64,000 nt of DNA from Octopus vulgaris (Eukaryota), in the NCBI GenBank assembly GCA_951406725.2, contig OX597822.1, positions 55,924,001-55,988,000 of the forward strand, given 5' to 3'. The notes below the pieces were generated by a model that searched no databases, was not told where the DNA came from, and was given only the letters and a program-made list of their open reading frames with translations. Shown piece by piece: positions 27,707 through 41,613 of this stretch. Position 1 is the first letter of the stretch; each line of letters opens with the position of its first letter. The translations under genes and the position numbers were made by a program.

Positions 27707-28751
27707 TCACAAAGCATCCTGGGTTTTGGCCGGGTGTTATTACCTGCAGCCACATTATATTATCTGTACCTTTCTTATAGGCAGAATCGGCACAAATGAT
27801 ATATAGTGAACTAGATTACTGGCGTAATGGAAGTTACTGTTTGTTTAAAAGTGAAGTGATGGAAAGTACAATATGCATGGCTTTGTATGAAAGTGCTTTC
27901 TGTTCTTAAGAAGAATCACAAACTATGTATTGTTTCATCATATAAAAGAGGGTTTATACGATTTTGCCCGGAGATCATGTTTTCAAAAATTTTTTTTTCC
28001 CCCCGACCACACTTCAATTTCTTAATTTGTAGCATTTTTCGAATTTTTTTTATCCACGTAGAAAAATACAGAGATTAGGAATCTGGGAAATATATATATA
28101 TTTTTAAAGTTTAATTTTTCTTACAGAAACACTCAATAACCCATCCCCCACCTCCCTCATCCATCACCTACCCACTTTCAAAAAGCTAAAATCTCCCAAT
28201 ATTTCACATCCGTCTGATATTATTCAAAAATAAAATATTCTGTAAAACTTTCATCTATTATGCATAGTATATTATTAATGATATTAATTACCGATAGGAA
28301 ATGTTACATTTGTCCATTAGCATATATATGAACTGTATGTGTCAAGAGCAGTTGGTCTAAGAACATTAAATAGAATTGAATTTTGAAGAAACATGTAGAA
28401 AATAAATCTAAAGTGAATTACAAGGAATTTAATTAAACGATCTGCAAAATTCTAATATTTGAATACAAGTGTATATTTTGTAAATACCTCCCCCAAAATA
28501 GAATCATATTAAAACTGCTTTAGTTTGTTCAATAGAAATATTACCAGCAATTATAATTGAAGAATACACTTGCATCAGGCAGACACCCACACAGGGAAAT
28601 ACAATATGCAAATATGCACATTCTCTCTCTCCCTGTATATACATAGTTACACACGCTCGCAAACACATACACATATGTATTTATGTATTTATATTTGTAT
28701 GCATAAATACGTGCATGCATCCACACACATTTATATGCATATATATATATA

Positions 28752-28882
28752 CAGGGTGTCTCCAAAAAATGTATACACACCTTAAATAATTGTGAATTTG
28801 TTATTCTTTGTAAGCCTAGTACTTATTCTATCGTTCTCTTTTGCCGAACCACTATGTGTATACATTTTTTTGGGACACCCTG
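28752..28882. mobile_element. Tc1/mariner-type MITE containing a SINE B fragment
   Basis: 28-bp TIRs CAGGGTGTCTCCAAAAAATGTATACACA / TGTGTATACATTTTTTTGGGACACCCTG with TA flanks; 28801-28853 matches the SINE B body. Confidence 0.85.
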
Positions 28883-28960
28883 TATATATATATATATATT
28901 AACAGAATGTGATAAGAAATCCAAGGCTGTGAATAGTTTTCAGAACAGTTATAAAGAGAA

Positions 28961-29010
28961 GGGCTTACAGCTGTTTCCGGGATATTTTATATATCACTTC
29001 ATCAGAGACG
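28961..29010 (-). ncRNA. Minimal type I hammerhead ribozyme motif (Penelope pLTR type), partly decayed
   Basis: Minus strand: CUGAUGA-AGUGAUAU..AUAUCCC-GGAAAC-AGCU-GUA; palindromic helix III ACAGCUGU; helix I only partly paired. Confidence 0.6.
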
Positions 29011-29617
29011 AAATTCAGAGTGAAGTGGAAGAATGAAAACAGACGTGAGATACGTAAGGATATGGTATTTATATAGATGTATGTAGTTGGGATGGACAAG
29101 GGGAGATGATATGTCTCGCTTAAACTTTTCAAGCCACCGACAAATGCCAGAATAGTACCCACAGTCCTACGATGGATGAGTACAACATTTCTACAGACTA
29201 TACCACATATTTTCACTATCTTAAGGAGGGTTCAGAAATTACTTGCAAAAATTTCCACTGCGGGCTAAAGCTTTCCTCTTACAAGTGTTTAATGCTCTTG
29301 TGTCAGCAAGTATGCGTACTTTATACTCGTTTATATGCCGAGATCGACTTTGCTTTTCATGCTTTCCGAGTCGTTGAAATAAGTAACAGTGCCGCACTGG
29401 AGTCGATGTATGGGTTGGTATTGCTGTTCATCACCACCATTATTAATTATTAATATCAACATAATCCTTATCATTATTCCGTAGTATTATTTTATTAACT
29501 GCTTTCACTGCAATATCGAGTGCAGTTTACATTGGTTTTGTAGTCTTTACTATATCAAAACACTCGAAAAAGTATGAGTGTCAAGTAATTGTGGTATATC
29601 TATATGTTATATTTATA

Positions 29618-30209
29618 TTTATTACACACATGTGAGTGAGAACACTTTGAGATATTTTTGGTATCTAACATATGTCAGATACTGCGAGCGCTGCTTCTGA
29701 TTGGTCAATCCATGGTGATGACCCGAGGTCACGGTGACGGCACTACTTTTGTCATTCATAAGTTACAACTAAACTTCATTCATTACTTTCACGAGCAGGT
29801 AGAATGTAGCCATGTAATTAAACAAACATACTATCTTTTTTATACCAGATATCACTTAAAGTCATATACATATAAAATATAAACATTTCTGGTGGTAATT
29901 CAATTTTTTGTTGCCAAAAAAATCACAACATATTTCGTCTGCTCGTCGATACTCTTGCAGTGCAGGTAGATCTATCAACAAGATGGCTACTGTTGTCGAT
30001 ATCGAGGTGAATAATTTTGTTAAGATTAAAATATGGTCGTTTATTCGTGTGTAATAAATAAAATACCAAACTGATTCCCTATGGATACCGTATTTATTAC
30101 ATACAACTCGTGGCTTGTAAACGTATCTAACTCGCTTTCGCTCGTTAGATACGTTTACAAGCCACTCGTTGTAATAAATACGGTATCCATAGGGAACTCG
30201 TTTGGTATT
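29618..30209. mobile_element. Palindromic non-autonomous DNA element ending in a 148-bp hairpin (30062-30209)
   Basis: Arms 30062-30131 and 30144-30209 are near-perfect reverse complements; ATTTATTACACAC / GTGTGTAATAAAT inverted pair at ~29618 and ~30048. Confidence 0.55.
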
Positions 30210-30249
30210 CTCTATGTAAGTCCTGTGTTTTTGTTATGTATTTGTATGC

Positions 30250-31000
30250 AACATTTTGGGCATTCCTAAGGTGTCTATTATTACAGTGATTGCTTTTAAT
30301 TTGAGCTCTCTACATATCGGTTACTCTGTATCTCTAGATCTTTATATCAAATTTCAAATTTAAAGATACATAGTTTATGTTGGAACTGAATGTATTTGAA
30401 ATATATACATCCTCTGTTTGGTTAGATGCTTTGATTAAATAGTGTTTCGTTAGCAGGTGATTCTGTCCACCTTCGATAATTTATCCAGTTCTGTGAAAAT
30501 AAATTCTCATGTTTTGTGCCAGATACTTACATTAGGTGATGTTTCTCTTCCTGGTGGTTTCCGATAAACGTATCTGGTTGATTAGATTTGATCTCACTGT
30601 CTTGTGTACTGAAACGTCTTGTGTATGGTCATTTTGTCGTTTTTAAGTACTTTTCTGTTGGATGCTTGCATCACCATCTTTGTGGATGTTGATAGTTCAT
30701 AATGCTGGCATATTTTCCAGTATATGCAAGTCCCAATTCTCCCATATCTGAAGATATATTCTATACTATTCACATCTAAGTAAGCATAAACCACGTAGTT
30801 AATTGTTTTTTATATATTCCCATACATGTTGTACTTGCTGTATAGTGCTTTTCCTGGTTTCTTGTAGGAGATCCTTCCATTATACGCTGCAATCAAGAAT
30901 ATTTGAATCTCAGCTTTGATTCAGCCAGTGTAGCAAATTATCGTTGTCGACTTCAACCCGTGTCAGGCTTCTCAGCTGTTGACAATGTACAGTACATTCT
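30250..31000 (-). mobile_element. Degraded R4/Dong C-terminal (RLE) fragment
   Basis: EYIFRYGRIGTCIYWKICQHY, DSEIKSNQPD and YKDLEI motifs. Confidence 0.7.
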
Positions 31001-31433
31001 TGTACATATTTGTCATCGCTTTATCATGCCATTTTGTAACCTCATTAATAATTTAGATGTTAGCCTTGTCACAACTTCCGTGAGCTCCCCTTTACTCCGA
31101 GTATCCTCAGTGTTTTTCAAGTGCGAGTAAGTATATGCGAAAGTGGGTCATTATAAAAGGTGTGTATATACTCATATATAAAATAGGGAATAAAAATAAA
31201 ATTCAATTGAATATTTTTTTATCAAGATGCCTAAAATAATATATTATAAAATACTCACGTTTGAAACAGAATTGAAGAAATATTTATAAAATCATAGCCC
31301 ACAAATTCGGTCTTCATAAAACAGAAGCGTTAGAATTTCTAAATACTAATCAAATTGCTTATAAAACAATGAACACCTCGAGAGAAACACACAGACCAAA
31401 AACCTTCACACCTACCCACATCTTTTAGTAAAT

Positions 31434-31602
31434 ATCCTTTTCTACTCTAGAACAACGCCCGAAATTTTGGGGGCAGAGGCCAGTCGATTGGATCGACTAC
31501 AGTACGTAACTGGTACTTAATTTATCGATCCCGAAATGATGAAAGGCAAAGTCAACCGCGGCGGAATTTGAATTCAGAACGTAAAGACAGACGAGATATC
31601 GC
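31434..31602 (-). mobile_element. SINE family A
   Basis: Matches 6540-6730. Confidence 0.85.
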
Positions 31603-32340
31603 ACCTAAAGACAGACGCAAAGCACAAGATCAACAAATTTCTATACTAACAACGCCATGACATGCCTGACAGATAACCTCCACCTTCCAATTAAAAACAA
31701 GAAATACCCTAAATAACAATAAGAACAAATAAAGAAACTGGTTTGCTAAAACACACCACTTACTTTCCTTCTTTTGTAAACCCCTATAAAATACTGTTAC
31801 AAAAAGTTGCCACTTCCAATTACCATGTTTTTAAATACTAGACTAAACTTTGTACCTTTGGCTTGTACATTGTCAAAGTAAAGGATTAAACCCGTTAAAA
31901 CGAAAAATAACTAAAACTATTGACACATCTTATACCTACCTACCTACCAAAAAGGACACACTTAAATACTCATGCTTGCTTACATATTTCTATATTCAGG
32001 AATAAATTCGAAACAATAACATAACCACAAAAGCAATCAATAAAAAATCACCCAAACACCTCTCCATAACAACCCATTCTAAAACCTAATTACCACCTCA
32101 TTCAAACCCACTTACCCAAGAAAGACATTAACCCAACAGATACTATAAAAAGCCAAAATTATACCTTCGTTGATGGTTTAATTAGCCGAAACTTCGAAGT
32201 CACTATCAATAATATTCTTGTTTAAAGATTATAAATTTGTACTCTACAAAAGTATAGAGATTAGTGTCAAATTGCTTTTACTGTAACTGAACATAAAAAC
32301 AAATATCAACACACACACACACACTCTCACACATACATAT

Positions 32341-32413
<73 letters not shown>

Positions 32414-32558
32414 CATATCACACACATATACTAAGAGGGGAGAGAAAGAGAGAGAGAAACAGACAATAAAGCAGACAGCACAGATATAGAAAGGTAAAGC
32501 TTGAGAGATTACCATAGTTTTGTATACATGTATTTTATACAGAATATATACACACATT

Positions 32559-32600
<42 letters not shown>

Positions 32601-33719
32601 CCACATTAACAACCACAAACATGCGCAAACGCTATCACTCAAATATATATGTGTTTGTGTGTTTGTGTATTTCTTCTTGTTGATTTTTGTAGCGTCGATT
32701 TATTGTCCATTGGCTTAACAGTGAAACGGAAAGTGTCATAGACAGCTGTCTTAATAAAATCCTGATTCCGTATGATCAGGACAATTTAGAATGAATTACT
32801 GGAGTGGAAAAGAATTTTGTTGACAAGATTTCATATTAAAGTAACGAATAATTACCAATGAAAATCAATAATATTAACATTTTCTATTTGGAGAAAGCTG
32901 CTTTTCAATTACTAGTAAATTATCAATTTTATTACGGATTTCAAACTTCTCCAGAAACGTCGATTTTTAATTCATTTAGCGATGTCTTAATTTTCCATTC
33001 AATAAAAGCCATATTAGAATTGTTGTTTTTCCTTTGACTGTTGAGACTGTTTGAAATAGACGCACGCTTCTGATGTAATTGGAATTCATTGTAAGCAGTT
33101 TAATTTTGCTGGACTAGAACAAAACGATTGAGAAGGCTTTAGCTATGGTATATAAAGAATCTTAGTGACTGATAGTCTGAACATGACAAACACTATTAAA
33201 TGAAATGTGAAAACTCATCAAATCAAAAGTCTCACCTGGTTAACAAGAACAGCTGACTATCTCTAACAAAAACATGCAAAGCTCACTATAAAAAAAATTA
33301 CATTGAATTATATAATCGGGGATGCAGTGTTTCTGGAAATAAATCGGGATGGTCGTGGTTAGAACATCTATGATGATGGATCTAATTGATCAGTGTTATT
33401 TTCCGCCAGACACAAAGGGATTAAGCATAATAATTTTCCTACAACTTTGAATCTCCATCATTTGGCTACGGTCATTTTGGGATACCATGTTGTATACTGC
33501 CATTTCTTCTTTTGTAATTAAAAGCAAGAGATTTTAGTTATAAATATGTTGTCATTGCAATAATCAGTTGACTAGGATTCAGAAGATATATTTCATATAA
33601 TCAGTTAATATTAAACAGAAAATTTTAATACAAGTTTCTTTATTATCAATTATGTAAGCGCGTACACACAAAATAACAAAAATACATAAAATACACACAT
33701 ACACACACACGCATTTTGT

Positions 33720-34020
33720 CTTTTACTTGTTTCGGTCATTGGACTGCGAACATTCTGGGGCACCGCTTTTAAGGGTTTAGTCGAACAAACGCATATACAA
33801 AAACATTCACACATGTGTATACACGCACACACATACACACGTATGTCTGTCTGTCTGTCTGTATGCATGCATGTATGTGTACGTTAAGCATCTCTCAGTT
33901 TCCATCAACCAAATCAACTCACTAGACTTTGGTTGGTCCGTTGCTATAGTAGAAAGTACTTGCCCATGGTACTACGCGGTGGGTCTAAACCCGGAACCAC
34001 GTGGTTGGAAAACAAACCTC
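33720..34020 (-). mobile_element. SINE family B, degraded
   Basis: Similar to 43238-43608 and to the reverse complement of 46299-46700. Confidence 0.7.
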
Positions 34021-34414
34021 ATGAAAGTTGAGCGTAGTGATCGATGTAATTGGCTAAAAGCTTCCCCAAAATTTCAGGTCTTTTCCTAAAATTAGAAAGG
34101 AATATTTCTTCTGACACTTGACATTCTTGAGTTCAAAGTCCACGGAGCTCAACTTTACATCAAATCTCTCCAGTCAAACACTGGGATCGATGGAATCAAT
34201 TTACTTCTCCCCTTAAGACTACTGACTTTGTGCAATTAGAAGCTATTATTATAATCGTTGTTGTCGCAGCATTGGCAGAGAGCCGGATCTAATGTCCTTA
34301 AGGAAAGTTGTTTACGTTCTGACTACAAGAATCCTACAATTTAACTTACCCATAGTTTAGAATCAATAAAATAAAGTATCAATCAGCTTCTTAACTAATT
34401 AATTAATAACTTAA

Positions 34415-34590
34415 ACTCTTTGCTCTCTATGGAACATAGGCCATCGGTAACTCTTCCCCACTCTTCTCGACTTTGGGCTGTTTTTCACGTTTTCTGGCGT
34501 TGAATTCCTGCGTTTTTATTTCTGCTTCAATATCTTGCCTCTAGTTATTTTAGAGCGTCATATTTCCCTCATCTCTTGTAGGTTCATATG
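34415..34590 (-). mobile_element. RTE LINE 3' end
   Basis: Degenerate match to NPQGKR.RGRPK.TW..DIEAE..TAQSR..W..V.GLCS. Confidence 0.6.
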
Positions 34591-34910
34591 TTTTCTTGAG
34601 GGAAGACCTTTCCATCCCAGGTCTTGTAGGTTTTGAATTGTCACCGATACTTCTGTAACTTTGCTTTATTTATGTAGGGGTGATGGCACTACGGAAACCT
34701 ATTTTTACCTCTGGAAAGAGGTGGTTCATATTAGTTTTATCTTTATCTTTTGATCTGCTCAGTATGGAAAGCTCTCTCAGGAGGTTGTGCTCCGCTGACG
34801 TCTTAGCATCTTTAAAGCATACAAGCACAATATTGTAGCAAGGACTGAATCTTAGGGAGGAATCAAGTTCTGGAATCAAGTTTATCGAGTAATTGCTCTT
34901 CAATAAAACT

Positions 34911-36169
34911 TTAGGTAATTAAGAATGAAATATCGATTTTCTTATGCACCAAGCTTGGCAGTTGTTAATTCTACTGTTTTATCCTAACAATATTTTGTTT
35001 TACTATATCGAAGAGTTACATCATCACTTTTGGAAATGCAATTCATGATGTCTGATTATATTGTGAGTTTTCTCTTGTAAATCAATTTTTGTGAAGCCAT
35101 GGATCGATAAAAAATTCATGTTGTTTATGAATATGAGTTCCATCGTGGTACCAATGCATCTCAGATAGCTCGAAACGTTAATGAAGTGTTTGGTGAATAT
35201 GTGGCGAATGAGCGCAGTGTATGTCGATGGTTAGAAAAGTTCCCATCTGGTGACTTTACTCTTGAAAATCAGACCCAGGGTTGACCTGAGACCAAGGTGG
35301 ATAATGATGAGCAGGAAACTGTAGCGGAGGCGGATTACATCCCAAACTGCGAGTGAGTTGGCAGCAAGGTTTGATGTTTCGATTCCAACTGTATTGGACC
35401 ATCTGAAAGGTAAAGAAGCTTGACAAGTGGGTACCACACGAATTGAATGAGCATCAGATGACCTGTCTTCATGAAACTTGCTGTTCTTTGTTGTCGCGAA
35501 CCATTTTTGCATCGTATTGTTACATGTGATGAAAAATGGATTCTTTCGAATAATAGTAAGCGTTCTGCACAGTGGTTGGATACAAACTGCCAAAGCACAA
35601 TCCAAAGAAGTTTTACCAAAAAAGCTAATGGTGTCTGTTTGGTGGTCCAGCGGTGGTGTCATTCATTGCAGCTTCATGAGACCTGGAAAGTCAATTTCAG
35701 CGGATGTATATATCAACCAATTGGATGAAATGATGAGTGAACTTGCAATTAAACAACCGAGATTGGTCAACAGAAAGAGGCAAATTCTCTTTCGAGACAA
35801 TGCCCGACCACATGTTGCACAAAAAAACACTACTCAAGTTACAGGAACTGAACTTGGAAGTACTCTGTCATCCATCATATTTACCAGACCTTGCACCAAC
35901 TGACTATCACGTTTTCCAGGCATCAGACAACTTCTAGTAAGGAAAAAACTTCAAATCTGAAGAGAAGATGTAATAACAGACTTCCGTGATTTCATTACCT
36001 CTTGCTCTCCAGAATTCTTCGCTGCTGGCATAGACAAACTACCGATAAAATGGCAAAATTGTGTTGATAATTTAGGTCAATACTTTGATTAACTGCATTG
36101 ATTTTCGTTGAGATAAAGTAAAATAAACTCACAGCTCAAAAATCGAACATTTCAATCTTAATCACCTGA
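34911..36169 (+). mobile_element. Full-length defective mariner (DD34D) transposon
   Basis: Frameshifted transposase at 35100-36091: HTH N-terminus, WVPHEL, IVTCDEKW, DNARPH, HPSYLPDLAPTDY; TIRs TTAGGTAATTAAGAATGAAAT / ATTTCAATCTTAATCACCTGA. Confidence 0.93.
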
Positions 36170-36427
36170 TACAACGGATGAAAACACAAATCACCGTTTA
36201 CATGACCATTGTTTTTTAGTATTTTCATTTGTAAAGATGTGTATTGCATTTGCTCACCCGCTTCTATTTTCTCTGATGTAATATTTTTTTGTATTTATTC
36301 TGTTGCTGTTCCATCAATGAATAAGGAGAACAGCTAACTACATATCTTGATATGTATATGTACATATTTATACATACATATTTATACATACATATTTATA
36401 AACATATATCTATACATATATATATAT

Positions 36428-36483
<56 letters not shown>

Positions 36484-36488
36484 ATATA

Positions 36489-36579
<91 letters not shown>

Positions 36580-37333
36580 TTATATACAAGTATATATCTA
36601 CATACACGTGAAATCTCTAGTTTGATAGACAAAAAGATTTGTTATTATTAATTTTCTTCAGTCTTCACGGCAGCAATGTCTTTCAACATAGCTACAGTAG
36701 TGACGGCGGGTGATGACATTTTCCAAATAGCTCTATCTAACTTACTCCTTCAGATATGGTTAAAGAAACTGCAAATATTTCAAGCATTGGAAACATTTAC
36801 CAAAATAACAAGAATAACTTCGACAAAGACACCATCATGAAGAATGACTACGTATAGAAGAAAATAATCCTCTCTGAATGTATATAGATGTGAAATTACT
36901 GCAACGATAATAATGATAGCGGCAACAGTGGTCATATACTTTTAAGAAAATGAAGTAAAATAGAGAAGGCAATCAGAAGAAAGTAAAAATAAGAGCACAT
37001 TTGAACGAGCTGTATGTTCCCTCATTTATTTATTTCTGAACATTGGTGGCTGATAAAAATCGGAAGAACTGAATATACGTCAACAGAAAGTATCCAAAGG
37101 AATTACATCAGAATAGCGATTAAAAGATAATTACAGTTCCATTTCTGACAAATACATCAAAATCTACCAGTAGGTGAGTGACAGCGAAGATTAGGTAAAA
37201 CTCGTTTTGATTGCTTGACGTTTAATTTAAATTAGTTTATTTCACCCTCTTCCGTTATCTTCCTAACATCTCCCACTGATGGCGTTACCCTGTTATCTTA
37301 CTATACGCTAACTGTGTTGCCTGAAATACACCA

Positions 37334-37364
<31 letters not shown>

Positions 37365-37414
37365 ATCATAATACATACATACGTATGTATATGTCTATAT
37401 ATAAAAACACACGC

Positions 37415-37449
<35 letters not shown>

Positions 37450-37460
<11 letters not shown>

Positions 37461-37811
37461 GGCAGTTTGTCTGTCTGTCTGTCAGGTTGTACCCTCACCC
37501 TGACCATGGCTTTCAACCGATTCTGATGAAACTTGACACACACATAGCCCAATGTCATAATTCAAAACTAACGCAGCGAAAATTTTGAAAAGTTCCCCCA
37601 GTTCTGAAAAAAATCGATAAATTCGACATGGGGTCGAGAATCAGAAACACAAACCACAGACTGTCTAGGGGACGCAACTCGACTTTTTAACTCTCAAAAA
37701 AAATTTACCATAATTTTTTTCCATTTTTGTCTATTTTTTGGCTATAACTCTCTAAAAATGCTTTATAGTTATTTCCCTTACAAACCCGAGCAACGCCGGG
37801 CGATACTGCTA

Positions 37812-37812
<1 letters not shown>
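37450..37812 (+). mobile_element. Non-autonomous Helitron (family H1)
   Basis: Subterminal hairpin CCCGAGCAACGCCGGG followed by CTAG|T; (TCTG)n near the 5' end. Confidence 0.75.
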
Positions 37813-37847
<35 letters not shown>

Positions 37848-37852
<5 letters not shown>

Positions 37853-38104
37853 TAGTTATCGCTAAGCCAACATGGCAGTCCAGGAAAATTGGAGGAATGC
37901 TGCCGTTGATTAGCTCCAAGAGGCCATCACCTCTAGCTAGCTATGTGACATACGAACCTGTGCCCTTTATAACCTTCGAACAGGGAGCTAATCAACAGCA
38001 GCATTCGTACTATTTTCCTGGACTGCCATGTTAGCTTGGCGATAACTATTAATTTCCAGTACCGCTGCCGTAGTCTCCTTTAGAAAGATTTAGAAATATT
38101 AATA

Positions 38105-38105
<1 letters not shown>
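37848..38105. mobile_element. Small inverted-repeat element in (TA)n (arms 37848-37917 and 37984-38053)
   Basis: About 70-bp arms are reverse complementary; flanked by (TA)n on both sides. Confidence 0.65.
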
Positions 38106-38175
<70 letters not shown>

Positions 38176-38263
38176 AGTTGAAATTTACAGAAAAACAAGA
38201 CGAAGACAGGTGTATAAACAACAAACAGGTGTATTAGTTTAACGCTTGGGAAGGTGAGAAAGT

Positions 38264-38300
38264 CTTTTACGTTTCGAGCCTAGGTTCTTCAACAGAAAAG
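38264..38300 (-). ncRNA. Minimal hammerhead-like motif with a CUGUUGA variant core
   Basis: Minus strand: CUUUU-CUGUUGA-AGAACCUAGGCUC-GAAAC-GUA-AAAG. Confidence 0.5.
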
Positions 38301-38474
38301 AACACGATGAAATAAACAGAGCGAGAATAATAATAATACAAAAAAATAAAAACGTTTGGAGCTAGCGGTCACAGTTTTATCCTGCTTTAACGTCCTACAC
38401 TTCGGATTTACTTCTACCTGGAATATCTGCACCTCTTTTCATCTACACAACAGCTTTCCACCCGGATTACTACT

Positions 38475-38522
<48 letters not shown>

Positions 38523-38574
38523 TCCCTAAACAAATTATCTACCAGCGTAAAACTATGAACTACAGACTCAACTC

Positions 38575-38985
38575 ATATTGTTAAAAAGTGTGGCTGCAGA
38601 ATTAGCGGAACTTGTGCCAAACTTATTAAGGACAAAGCAATTAGATTTAAATAGGAATAAATTTCTACTGTGGCAAATCACTTTATGTGCTCTTCAAAAT
38701 ATTTTATTTATATCATCAAATGCAATAGATGCAGTGAAGAATACATGAGACAAACCATAGTCACATTAAGAATGAGATTAATAATTCGTCGACAAAATTA
38801 TAGATCATGTTAGGATTATACAAATTTCACTCAGTAAATTTTTGGACATATACGCAACCACCAAATCTTCCAAATTTCTAGTCTTCTCAATTTTAAATGT
38901 GCAGACAGTATCATACACCAAACACAAAGACAATTTGTTTATTGAAAAATTAAAAGCCGGGCGTAACAAGCTATGAAAACAATAA
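38575..38985 (+). mobile_element. Penelope-like GIY-YIG endonuclease remnant
   Basis: KKCG..GTC zinc knuckle, then FMCSSKYFIYIIKCNRCSEEYMRQT..LRMR (IY..C..C...YIGQT pattern). Confidence 0.75.
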
Positions 38986-39625
38986 TACATGATTCACCAT
39001 TGCGGAGCTTGTACCAAATTTATTGATGAGAAAGCCAGAGGTTGTATAAAATCCATTCTAATGAAAGTATTTCTTATCTCGCATTTGTTACATTTAAATT
39101 TTGGGCATTTCACATTTCAGTTACCTTCATTTCATTTTTACAAATTTTCACTATCCTCGTTACCTTTACTCGCGAGTGTGCGTGTATGTGTGGTGTCTAT
39201 AACACATGTCACAAACATGTACGCATGCAGATGCCCACATACTCACAAACCTCTTTCTTCTTCTGTTAATCTCTCGTTCTCTAATTATTGATATTTGCTC
39301 TGCAAATACGGTATATTTAAATGAATATCTTGAATATTTACGAAGCAAATATTTTCAGTTGAGATTTTTCAGCTATTTTTAACTGCAGTTATTCATGCAG
39401 TTATATTGATATTAGCTTAAAGACTTCCAAAGATTATCATCGATTTTTGGCGATACTTGAAAGATTATTTTTTTTTCCAGTGAGAGAAAGGAAGATTTGA
39501 ACTCAGAGACCCGAATGCTAAAACAGTTGAGAAGAGCCATATGTATATGCATGTTTGCATGTATGCATTCATATATACATACATACATTAATAGACACAC
39601 GCACGCACACACACACACGCACATA

Positions 39626-40185
39626 TCTATTATATAAAATCCGTTCTGTCTGTCTCTGTGTGTGTCTTCTAGGATCTCGGGCATTCTCCATCCTCCATTG
39701 CGCTCAAATTTGATATGTATCAGGGCGTGTATCAGGGCGTGTATAAGTCTTGAAAAAATTACAAAAATCTATTCCAGGTGAGAATGCGATCGATAAAGCC
39801 GTTTTTGTCCTGCTTTTCTTCCATCAACCTGTACATAATTGCACCTCCACATTCCATTTTTTGTTGTTTTTGTACTGCTTAAATGCACGTTTCTTTCCTG
39901 TCAAGCTTACTGTTTAAACCATGTTTGTGTTCTGCCAGTCAACAGCCTTATTACTGGTACTTTAAACTCTTCGGTTGCATATTTAAGTGAATTAAATCGT
40001 TTTTCTTTGTAATAGAAAAAAAGCCTATCTTTATTTCTTCTTTTGCTGGTTTCTCAAATTTAGGTTAAATCAGTGTTTCTCAAAGGAGGGGGGAATATAG
40101 GACGGTCGGACAAGTTGTTTGGAGAAAATTTGGTTTAAATATTTGACAACTCAGCACCGTCCATTGGACGGGGGGCATTTTACAC

Positions 40186-40186
<1 letters not shown>
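39626..40186 (+). mobile_element. Non-autonomous Helitron (family H2), copy 1
   Basis: A|TCTATTATATAAAA start, CCGTCCATTGGACGG subterminal hairpin, inserted between A and T; three copies in the window. Confidence 0.8.
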
Positions 40187-40240
<54 letters not shown>

Positions 40241-40612
40241 TAATCCAAACAAGAAAACACAGGAAAAAAACACAGCAACGCGTGGACGTGGAACAATTAA
40301 AGTATTATTTGACGCTACGCCAAACACAAAGTAAAAATCACAGCGTAACTAACTATAAAAACAACAATAATATGAGTCGACATTTGCTATGAATACTATC
40401 CATGATTGTATAAACCCCCTTCAAATGAAAGTCTTTCATATCTATCTTCTAAGTTAATTAATTACATTTCCGTTTTGAGCATTGCAAATTTCATTTAGCT
40501 TCATTTCAATTTTACAGATTTTCACTAAGTTGTCTTTCTTCTCCGTTTCTTTTATTAACTATATATATACGTATACATACACACGCAAACATACATGTGT
40601 GTGTGTATGTGT

Positions 40613-40643
<31 letters not shown>

Positions 40644-40797
40644 CCAATTAAGGACTGAACACGAAAAAGTGGACAGTCAACATGCTAGATATAGACGTCA
40701 AATCGCCATTCTCCACAAAAAGTCTATGTTCTCAGATCAAACTCAACACAAAACCAAAACAATAAACAAGTGAAAAATATACGAAATAAATATTTAC

Positions 40798-40863
40798 CCA
40801 TGTACTAAATTCAGTTTCGGCTGTTATTTTCCGCAAGGAAAAGTGCAGCCATCATCAGCATGG
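40798..40863 (-). ncRNA. Type I hammerhead ribozyme, inverted identical copy
   Basis: Reverse complement of 41303-41368. Confidence 0.88.
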
Positions 40864-41302
40864 TCCCATATAAAATGTAATTTGCTGTACTAAATGCCAA
40901 CACGATACCGAAATATCGCGTGCATGGAGTACGGCCTATTACATTTGAAATATATATTTCAAATGTCTCTAATTTTGGCGCGATGAGACCCGTGTTCAGT
41001 CCTTAATTGGTATATATAAATATGTTAATCTTCGGATTCTTTCTTTAATATGCTAGACCACTGGTTCTAATTGATAAATATCAATTTTTACCCTAAATTT
41101 AATGTTATATAAATATTTGTTCTCTAACCGATAAATTAACTGCTGCTAACTATTAGCTGCAGGCTAGTTTTCTCGGGTCTCATCGCGCCAAAATTAGAGA
41201 CATTTGAAATATATATTTCAAATGTAATAGGCCGTACTCCATGCACGCGATATTTCGGTATCGTGTTGGCATTTAGTACAGCAAATTACATTTTATATGG
41301 GA

Positions 41303-41368
41303 CCATGCTGATGATGGCTGCACTTTTCCTTGCGGAAAATAACAGCCGAAACTGAATTTAGTACATGG
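41303..41368 (+). ncRNA. Type I hammerhead ribozyme with canonical core
   Basis: CCAUG-CUGAUGA-U-GGCUG..UUUUCC/GGAAAA..CAGCC-GAAAC-UGAAUUUA-GUA^CAUGG; predicted cleavage after 41363. Confidence 0.88.
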
Positions 41369-41613
41369 GTAAATATTTATTTCGTATATTTTTCACTTGT
41401 TTATTGTTTTGGTTTTGTGTTGAGTTTGATCTGAGAACATAGACTTTTTGTGGAGAATGGCGATTTGACGTCTATATCTAGCATGTTGACTGTCCACTTT
41501 TTCGTGTTCAGTCCTTAATTGGTATATATAAATATTTTAATCTTCGGATTCTTTCTTTAATATGCTAGACCACTGGTTCTAATTGATAAATATCAATTTT
41601 TACCCTAAATTTA

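Noticed and set aside
35100-36091. Domesticated SETMAR-like gene
   Set aside because: Multiple stops and frameshifts with TIRs retained; an ordinary dead mariner.
36662-36840. Plus-strand exon candidate after ttttcttcAG
   Set aside because: Short open frame with no homology and no convincing donor; compatible with chance.
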